From Halarcobacter sp. (GTDB taxonomy: Bacteria > Campylobacterota > Campylobacteria > Campylobacterales > Arcobacteraceae): 64,000 bases of DNA. A model generated the notes under the pieces. The model was not told the origin of the DNA, did no database searches, and saw nothing but the letters and a program-made list of their open reading frames with translations. This document shows positions 57,086 to 64,000 of this stretch, in pieces (positions within the stretch are counted from its first letter, which is position 1; every line of letters starts with the position of its first letter). The DNA is taken from contig OY781089.1 in the NCBI GenBank assembly GCA_963676565.1, positions 1,088,001 through 1,152,000 on the forward strand, written 5' to 3'. The position numbers and the translations under genes were made by a program.

Positions 57086-59871
57086 CCTTCTTTTACCTCT
57101 ATTGGAAGAGAAAGGGTGAAAAGTGCGCCTTTATAATAGATTTCATCAACTAAAAAAGTACAATTAGATACTAAGATTCTACCCTTTAAATGTTTAGTAA
57201 TGATTTCATTTGACATATAAAGTCCTATTCCAGTACCTTGTGATTTATGTTTAGTTGTAAAGTATGGTTCTAGAATTCTATTTATAATATTTTTAGGAAT
57301 TCCCCCCGCATTATCTTTTATCTCAATGATTAGTGAATCTTTTTCTTTATAAGTATTTATACAAATTACAGCTTTTGATATTTTTTTTGATTCAATTGCA
57401 TCAATTGCATTATTTAAAATATTTAGTAAAATTTGTACAAGTTCACTTTCTAAAGTTTTTATCTTTATACTTCTCATATCTTTTATAACTTCAATATTAT
57501 ATTTCTTTAGTCTTGAATCAACTAAATATAAAGATTTGTCAATGCAATCTTTTATATCAAAATATTGAACAAGTTTATTTGGATAAAAAAAATTTCTAAA
57601 ATCTTCTATTGTTTTTGAAAGATATTGAGATTGTTTATTTATGGAGTTTATACTTTCAAGTAAAAACTTTTCATCCACTTTTTTATTTATCTCCAATTGC
57701 AATTGCATTCCTGTCGAGGCAGTTGAAATCACTGAAAGTGGTTGTCTCCATTGGTGAGCAATATTCTCTAACATCTCTCCCATTGCCGCCATTTTAGATT
57801 GCTGTGCAAGAAGTGTGTCTTGTTCCCTTTTTTCTAATTCAAGTTTTTTTATTTTTGTTAAATCAAGTATAGTCCCAATGATAAATAAAGGTTTACCTTC
57901 ATTTGAAAATTTTGTTATTTTTGAGGTTAATTGAATATATTTAATAGTCTCATCTCTTAGTAAGATTTTAAATTCAAAGGAATTTTTTCTTTTTGTTCTA
58001 AAAGATTTTAAAAACTCTTTTTTTACTCTTTTTTTATCATCAGAATGGATAAAAGAGAAAAAAGTTAACAATGTTGGCTTAATTTCACCCACAAAAAGTC
58101 CAAAAATTTTATAGTGTTCATTACTCCATTTTAATTCTTTCTTTTTTATACTGTAACCAAAACTTCCTAGTTTTGCAATTGTTTGTGCTTCATCAAGTAG
58201 ATAATTGGCTCTTCTTAATTCTTTAGTTTTTTCTTCAATTCTTTCTTCTAATTGTTCATTTAAAATCTTTAGCTCTTTAGTTCTTTCATCCACAAGAATT
58301 TTTAAGTTTTTGCTTTTTCGTAAGTTTTGTTGATTAAAATATATTAATGGAATAAAAAATAAACTTGTTAGACCAAGTAAAACCCACAGGGTTTTATAAT
58401 CAAAGTTTTTCTCAAATTGAACATTTTCCCATCTTTTTATTATAGAGTTTACTTTCTCTTCATTTAATGAAATTATTGCTTTATTTAGTATTGATTGTAA
58501 AATTTTATAATCATCTCTAATCATAATACTCATATCATAATTTAGACCAGTATTACCTGTGATTTTTAAGGAGTCATAATTAAGTTTTCTAATGTTGTAA
58601 GCTAATAAAGGTTTAATATCAATAAAAGCATAGGCTTTTTTTTCATTTACAGCTCTTAATCCCTCATTGATATTTTTAACTAATAAAAAATCTAAATTTG
58701 GGTATTTCTCCCTTAAGATTTTGTGTGCAGTGAAGTTTTCTCCCACAGCAATTCTTTTATTAGAAAGATAGTTCATATTCTCTATAAAGTTTTCATCTTT
58801 AAGGGTAACTATAGACAAAGGAAAAGATGCATAAGATTTTGAAAATAGGGCATATTTTTTCCTATCTTTTGTTTCTCCGACACTAAATATTAAGTCTTGT
58901 TCTTTATTTTTTATTGCAAAGAGTTGTTTAGTAAAGTCATTATTAACAAAAAACTCATATTTTAAACCAAGTTTTTTAGCAATAAGTTCCCAAATTTCAG
59001 TTGAAATTCCCTCTGGCTTATTAACAGAAACAAAGGAAAAAGGTTCCCAAGATTTTGAAAGGGAAATTTTAAGGGTTTTTGATTTTATAAAATCTTTTTC
59101 CTCTTGGGTTAATTGAGTTAAGTTCTTGATATCCTCATAAATTCTTTGCTCGTTATGTATAATCCATTTACTCTCAACAGAAGCTAAATCTTCAGGTTTT
59201 AATTTTTCAAAACTTTCATTAAATATTTTTATAAGATTTTCATCTTTAGAAATGGCACTTATTTTAAAAGAATTAGATAAAAGTTTTATTGAACGTATTA
59301 AATGAAAATAGCCATTTTGCAAGGCATAATATTCAATTGCAATTTTATCATCATAAATTAAATCTATTTTTCTTGAAGTAAAATCTTTAAAAGCATCGGC
59401 ATAGTTCTTGTAAATAATAATTTCAGAATTTATAAAATTGTTTTTTATAATCTTTTCATAATCACTTCCTATAATTCCAACTATATAAGGAGCGTCTTTA
59501 CTAAATCCTTTGTCATTCTCTTTATGTATAAATAGGGAAGTATTAAGTTCATAGTAGGTTTTTGAACTTTTCATCCAATCTTCATAAGGATTTGTACCTA
59601 AAAAGAAATCAACTTTCTTTTCTTTTGCAAGATTTATTGAATTATCCCACGTAATTCCATTAATAAACTTTATACTATAATGATTTTCTTCTGCCCAAAG
59701 TCTCCAAAGATCTACAAAAAGACCCTCTGCTTTTCCATTTTGCTCATAGGAAAAGGGTGCATAATCTGGGTCATAAGAAACCTTAAATTGTTTTTGATTA
59801 GCATTTGATGGAATCAAAAGAATAAAAAAGAATAAAATAAGTATTTTTAGGAATATTTTTTTTGTGAACAT
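57082..59871 (-). CDS. Sensor histidine kinase (two SBP_bac_3 domains, PAS, HisKA/HATPase)
   Basis: DYAPFS, WEPFS, IAHQWRQPL, DNAGGI, GTGIGL. Confidence 0.93.
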   Translation of the reverse strand: MFTKKIFLKILILFFFILLIPSNANQKQFKVSYDPDYAPFSYEQNGKAEGLFVDLWRLWAEENHYSIKFINGITWDNSINLAKEKKVDFFLGTNPYEDWMKSSKTYYELNTSLFIHKENDKGFSKDAPYIVGIIGSDYEKIIKNNFINSEIIIYKNYADAFKDFTSRKIDLIYDDKIAIEYYALQNGYFHLIRSIKLLSNSFKISAISKDENLIKIFNESFEKLKPEDLASVESKWIIHNEQRIYEDIKNLTQLTQEEKDFIKSKTLKISLSKSWEPFSFVSVNKPEGISTEIWELIAKKLGLKYEFFVNNDFTKQLFAIKNKEQDLIFSVGETKDRKKYALFSKSYASFPLSIVTLKDENFIENMNYLSNKRIAVGENFTAHKILREKYPNLDFLLVKNINEGLRAVNEKKAYAFIDIKPLLAYNIRKLNYDSLKITGNTGLNYDMSIMIRDDYKILQSILNKAIISLNEEKVNSIIKRWENVQFEKNFDYKTLWVLLGLTSLFFIPLIYFNQQNLRKSKNLKILVDERTKELKILNEQLEERIEEKTKELRRANYLLDEAQTIAKLGSFGYSIKKKELKWSNEHYKIFGLFVGEIKPTLLTFFSFIHSDDKKRVKKEFLKSFRTKRKNSFEFKILLRDETIKYIQLTSKITKFSNEGKPLFIIGTILDLTKIKKLELEKREQDTLLAQQSKMAAMGEMLENIAHQWRQPLSVISTASTGMQLQLEINKKVDEKFLLESINSINKQSQYLSKTIEDFRNFFYPNKLVQYFDIKDCIDKSLYLVDSRLKKYNIEVIKDMRSIKIKTLESELVQILLNILNNAIDAIESKKISKAVICINTYKEKDSLIIEIKDNAGGIPKNIINRILEPYFTTKHKSQGTGIGLYMSNEIITKHLKGRILVSNCTFLVDEIYYKGALFTLSLPIEVKEG

Positions 59872-59955
59872 TAATGATACCAGCTATTAAAATTGAAGGA
59901 AATTATAGCTAAAACAAACTTTTGTTATAATCTCAAATAATTTACAGGAGCATAT

Positions 59956-60288
59956 TTGAAAGAATTAACAAAATACTTTTTAAATGAAGATATTTTATTT
60001 AAAGAATTAATTGAAATTAATCCAAAAGATTTAGGAAGTAGAAAAAAAATCAAAATCTATAAAGCCACTGCAACCAATAACTCATACTATGCAATATTTA
60101 TCGTTGATGGTAAAAGTAGATTTATTAGAAAAAATGCAAATGATTTATTAGAGCTTTTTAATAAATTAGTCGAAAAAGAAGGGCATAACTTTAAAGAAAA
60201 AAAACTTTTAATCTCTTCTCCACTATGCTCAAAAGCAAAAAAGTTTTTAGAAGAAAACAAATGGAGTGTACGAATTGATTTTGTGTGA
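59956..60288 (+). CDS. Hypothetical protein
   Basis: AGGAG SD plus TTG start; overlaps coaX. Confidence 0.75.
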   Translation: MKELTKYFLNEDILFKELIEINPKDLGSRKKIKIYKATATNNSYYAIFIVDGKSRFIRKNANDLLELFNKLVEKEGHNFKEKKLLISSPLCSKAKKFLEENKWSVRIDFV

Positions 60289-60901
60289 TATTGGAAATAC
60301 AACATTCCATTTTTTAATTGAGGGAAAACATAAAAGATATTTTCTTGAAGAAGAACTTCCAAAATTTAATGATGATATTTTTTATATATCAGTAAATAAA
60401 ACTGCAACAAAAAAATTAAAACAAATTAATCCTCAGGCAAAAAATATTAAGAAGTTGATGGATTTTGAAACCTCTTATGTTGGTTTAGGAATAGATAGGG
60501 CGATTGCAAGTTATTTTGAAAAAGATGCAGTAATTGTTGATGCTGGTAGTGCAATAACTGTTGATATAATGGAAAAAGGGATTCATAAAGGTGGTTTTAT
60601 TTTACCTGGTTTTAGGTCTTTTATGAAAACTTATCCCAAAATTTCTAAAAAACTAAAGTTTGATTTTGAAAAAAATATAAATTTAGATAAAATACCGCTT
60701 CAAACAAAAGATGCTATAACATATGCGATGATGAAATCAATCATTTTACCAATCAAAGAAGTAAGTAAAGATAGAAGAATTATCTTCACTGGTGGAGATG
60801 GAAAGCTATTAAGTAAACATTTTGAAAATAGCATTTATAAAAAAGATTTAATATTTGAGAACATGAAAAGGATAATTGATGCTAACAATTGCATTGCCTA
60901 A
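60275..60901 (+). CDS. coaX: Type III pantothenate kinase
   Basis: DIGNT, GLGIDR, VDAGSAITVD, GG.ILPG, TGGDG. Confidence 0.93.
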   Translation: MILCDIGNTTFHFLIEGKHKRYFLEEELPKFNDDIFYISVNKTATKKLKQINPQAKNIKKLMDFETSYVGLGIDRAIASYFEKDAVIVDAGSAITVDIMEKGIHKGGFILPGFRSFMKTYPKISKKLKFDFEKNINLDKIPLQTKDAITYAMMKSIILPIKEVSKDRRIIFTGGDGKLLSKHFENSIYKKDLIFENMKRIIDANNCIA

Positions 60902-61487
60902 GGGTAGAATTGCAGAAGAGACTCTTGATAAATTTGAGAAAGCTTTTGGTGAAAAGTTTATTTTCGAAGATAGAAAATTAATTTTAGAAAAAAGTGGATT
61001 CAGATTTTTAAATGTAAGAAATCAAGATGTACCAACATATGTAATGCATGGTGCAGCAGATCTTGGAGTTGTTGGTTTAGATGTTCTTGAAGAAAAAGAA
61101 TATGATTTAATTAAATTATTAAATTTACAATTAGGAAAATGTAAAGTTGCCTTTGGTCTAAGAAAGGGTGAAGAACTTGATATGACTAAGAGTAAAATTA
61201 CAGTTGCAACAAAACATGAAAAAATAGCAAAAAGATATTTTGAAGAAAGAGCAATGGCTGTTCAAATTATCAAACTTTATGGCTCAATTGAACTTGCACC
61301 TTTAGTTGGTCTTTGTGATTGTATTGTTGATATTGTTGAAACTGGAACTACTATGAAACAAAATGGACTTGAAGTTGGACCAACTATTATGGAAAGTTCT
61401 GCTCATTTAATAGCAAATAAAAATTCATATTATTCAAAAAAAGATTTAATCTTTGATTTAAGAACTAAGCTTGAGGCAGTTCTTTAA
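60879..61487 (+). CDS. hisG: ATP phosphoribosyltransferase (short form)
   Basis: IALPKGR, GSIELAP, DIVETGTT...NGL. Confidence 0.96.
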   Translation: MLTIALPKGRIAEETLDKFEKAFGEKFIFEDRKLILEKSGFRFLNVRNQDVPTYVMHGAADLGVVGLDVLEEKEYDLIKLLNLQLGKCKVAFGLRKGEELDMTKSKITVATKHEKIAKRYFEERAMAVQIIKLYGSIELAPLVGLCDCIVDIVETGTTMKQNGLEVGPTIMESSAHLIANKNSYYSKKDLIFDLRTKLEAVL

Positions 61488-62188
61488 TGGGTTTAGACCT
61501 ATATTCAAAAATAGAACCATATCTTGATTTTGATGAAGAGGTTTATAATTTAAATAATGAGTTTATGTCTAATATTATGGAAAAAGAACTTGATAATATT
61601 TTAGATATAGGGTGTGGTCAAGGATATTTCTTACAAATTTTAGAAGTTAATAATAAAACAGCTTTTGGAATAGATTTAAGTGAAGCTCAAATTGATGCTT
61701 GTAGGGAAAAAGGGATTGAGAACACTGCCTGTATTCCCTTAGAAAAAGTAGAAGAGAAGTATGACAATGCAACTGCTATTTTTGATGTAATAAACTATAT
61801 TCCAAGAAATGAACTTAAAAAGTTTTTTACAGATATTGCAAGAGTTTTAAATGATAATGGATATTTTATATTTGATGTTAATACCTTATTTGGATTTGAT
61901 GAAGTTGCTCAAGGATCTATTAGTATTGATAGAAAAGATAAATTTATAGCTATTGATGCCTATTATGAAGATAAAAAATTAATTACTTCTTTAACACTTT
62001 TTTCAAAGGATGAAAGTGGAAAATATATTAAAGAAAAAGATAAAATTACTCAATATTATCATGATAAAAAAACTTTAAAAGAGTTATTAAAAAAAGCAGG
62101 TTTTGAAGTTGAAGAAATAAAGGAATTCAATCTTCATGGATTTGATGAAGCTGATAAGCTAATCTACATTTGTAGAAAAGTAAATTAG
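61487..62188 (+). CDS. Class I SAM-dependent methyltransferase
   Basis: LDIGCGQG, GIDLS, FDVINY, GYFIFDVNT. Confidence 0.88.
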   Translation: MGLDLYSKIEPYLDFDEEVYNLNNEFMSNIMEKELDNILDIGCGQGYFLQILEVNNKTAFGIDLSEAQIDACREKGIENTACIPLEKVEEKYDNATAIFDVINYIPRNELKKFFTDIARVLNDNGYFIFDVNTLFGFDEVAQGSISIDRKDKFIAIDAYYEDKKLITSLTLFSKDESGKYIKEKDKITQYYHDKKTLKELLKKAGFEVEEIKEFNLHGFDEADKLIYICRKVN

Positions 62189-63522
62189 TTTAGGTGTTCT
62201 AGTTCAACTCTATTTCTTCCTAACTCTTTTGCCTTGTATAAAGCCTCATCGGCTCTTTTAAAAAAGTTGGCTTTTGTATCTGAACTATGAAATTGTGAAA
62301 TACCTATTGAGCAAGTTACCCTTCCAATATTTTTAAAGTCAAAGCTTTCAATTGAATCTCTAAGTTTTTCTGAAAAGATTGTTGCTTGTTCTATATTTGT
62401 ATTAGGTAGAAGTATTACAAACTCTTCTCCACCCCATCTTGCAACAATATCACTTCCCCTTGTAGTAATTGTTAATATTTTTGCAATCTCTTGAAGAACC
62501 TTATCCCCTTCTAAGTGACCATGTTTATCATTTATTTTCTTGAAATGATCAATATCAAGCATTGCCAAAGAGAAACTGTAGTTACTATAGTTTTTAAAAT
62601 TTTCAATTTGTTCAATTAAAAGTGTGTCAAACATATTTCTATTGTATAGTTTAGTTAAATAATCAAATGAAACCTCTTTTTTTAGTTTTGAAGTTGCTTT
62701 TAAAAGTTTCTCATTTGTTCTTGACATTTTTGAACCTTCTTCTTTGATAAGTTCAATCCATTTATTATAAACTGTTTTAAGTAACTCTTTTTGGGTTATA
62801 ATCCCTGAAAGATATCTGTTCTCATCAACTACAACAATTCTTTTATAATGTTTATCTTTTATATATTTAACTGCTTTTGCAATAGTAGTTCTATCATCTA
62901 AAGTATTTACAGGAGATGTCATATAGTTTTTGATAGGTTTTAATAGGTCAAAATCGTTGTGAACTATATCGATAAAATCTTTTGTAGTAAAAATTCCAAT
63001 TGGTCTTAAATCTGAATCTACTATAATAACGGCATCTCTAGAGCTTTCTTTTAAAAGATGAATAACTTGAAGAGTAGATGCATTTTCATCTGAAGTTACA
63101 GCTTTATATTGATGGGTTAATGAAGAAAGAGTTTGTTTCTTCATCATAATTTGTGGGTCAATATTATTAACTATATCAGTATAAGAAACTATTCCTATTA
63201 GCTTTTCATTTTCTGTAATAACCATATATTCATCACTTGAATCAATATCATTTAAAACAGAAAGAAGATTTATATTTTTATCAAGTTCTTTTACTTTAGG
63301 TATTTTAAGATCTTCTAAAATTGCACTTTTATCAATATTAGAAATTTTGAATTCCAACAGATGAGTTGTTGTTAATATATGATAAGATTTATCTTCATAA
63401 TTTTTTAATATTATTGTTCGAAGATTATAATCAGACATCTTTTTTATAGCATCATCTAATGTTTTTTGAACATCTATAGTTAATACATCTTGAATACAAA
63501 TATCATATACTGTTGGAATCAA
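62185..63522 (-). CDS. CBS-domain diguanylate cyclase
   Basis: Tandem CBS pairs, DYLTKLYNR, RWGGEEF. Confidence 0.92.
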   Translation of the reverse strand: MIPTVYDICIQDVLTIDVQKTLDDAIKKMSDYNLRTIILKNYEDKSYHILTTTHLLEFKISNIDKSAILEDLKIPKVKELDKNINLLSVLNDIDSSDEYMVITENEKLIGIVSYTDIVNNIDPQIMMKKQTLSSLTHQYKAVTSDENASTLQVIHLLKESSRDAVIIVDSDLRPIGIFTTKDFIDIVHNDFDLLKPIKNYMTSPVNTLDDRTTIAKAVKYIKDKHYKRIVVVDENRYLSGIITQKELLKTVYNKWIELIKEEGSKMSRTNEKLLKATSKLKKEVSFDYLTKLYNRNMFDTLLIEQIENFKNYSNYSFSLAMLDIDHFKKINDKHGHLEGDKVLQEIAKILTITTRGSDIVARWGGEEFVILLPNTNIEQATIFSEKLRDSIESFDFKNIGRVTCSIGISQFHSSDTKANFFKRADEALYKAKELGRNRVELEHLN

Positions 63523-63531
63523 ACTTTATCC

Positions 63532-64000
63532 TTATAAACCTACAATCTCTCTAATAGCTTCCATCTTAGCACTCGCTATTTTTTTTGCTTTGTCTGCTCC
63601 AAAAGCTAAAATCTCTTTTACTTCTTTTGGATTGTCTAGTAAGTGTTGTCTTTTCTCAGCATATGGAGCAAAGTGTTCATTAATTTTTTCTAGAAGTGAA
63701 AGTTTAAAATGACCATACCCTTCGCCTGGAGTTGCATATCTTTGTTGAAGTTGCTTTAACTCATCTTCATTCATAAATAGTTCACATAGTTTATAAACAT
63801 TACAAGTAGTATAGTCTTTTGCTTCATCAAGCTCTTTTGAATCAGTAACTATCCCCATAACTTGTTTTTTAATACCTTTTTTTGTTCCAAACATATCAAT
63901 TGTATTTCCATAAGATTTCGACATTTTAGCTCCATCAGTTCCTGGAACTGTTGCAACCACTTCATCAACTTTAGCTTCAGGTAAAACTAAAATATCTGTG
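63532..64000 (-). CDS. trpS: Tryptophanyl-tRNA synthetase, C-terminal part (5' end outside the window)
   Basis: PGTDGAKMSKSYGN, GYGHFK. Confidence 0.93.
   Translation of the reverse strand, partial: TDILVLPEAKVDEVVATVPGTDGAKMSKSYGNTIDMFGTKKGIKKQVMGIVTDSKELDEAKDYTTCNVYKLCELFMNEDELKQLQQRYATPGEGYGHFKLSLLEKINEHFAPYAEKRQHLLDNPKEVKEILAFGADKAKKIASAKMEAIREIVGL

Noticed and set aside
7851..60362. Numerous short ORFs overlapping real genes (for example 7851, 10143, 12847, 16769, 20084, 24879, 38393, 52012, 60087)
   Set aside because: They overlap well-supported CDSs on the opposite strand or in another frame, with no motifs.
60879..61487. Short HisG without adjacent hisZ
   Set aside because: The short form with an unlinked hisZ is a common arrangement.

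Overview
Very AT-rich chromosomal window from a Campylobacterota bacterium, most likely Arcobacteraceae. This assignment is inferred from gene style: diheme PetC, AddA-type helicase, orphan atpB, short HisG and extended -10 promoters. Most of it is housekeeping (queDC, moeA, rsmE, petABC, thrC, argB, addA, atpB, ilvA, metE, trmD-rplS, znuCB-ribA-dksA, Cu chaperones, hcp, dps, zupT, coaX, hisG, trpS), plus several signalling genes and a trimeric autotransporter locus. No rRNA, tRNA, CRISPR array or mobile element was recognised. Four items stand out. (1) A non-canonical ectoine/hydroxyectoine uptake and catabolism cluster (43.2-55.1 kb) has DoeA/EutD and a TeaABCD-like TRAP/USP module. It also has an EctB-type aminotransferase, an M20 deacetylase, and a Ser/Thr proline-racemase-family enzyme paired with an MDR reductase in place of EutABC/EutE. 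There is no regulator gene; instead an unannotated 49-aa leader ORF runs into a terminator-like fold. (2) A structured 5'-leader motif (GCA-UUUGGCCG-UGC hairpin with a possible pseudoknot) occurs twice at 36.0-37.1 kb, upstream of unknown small proteins. (3) A Cys-rich leader ORF precedes metE. (4) A sensor gene is frameshifted in an A8 tract.
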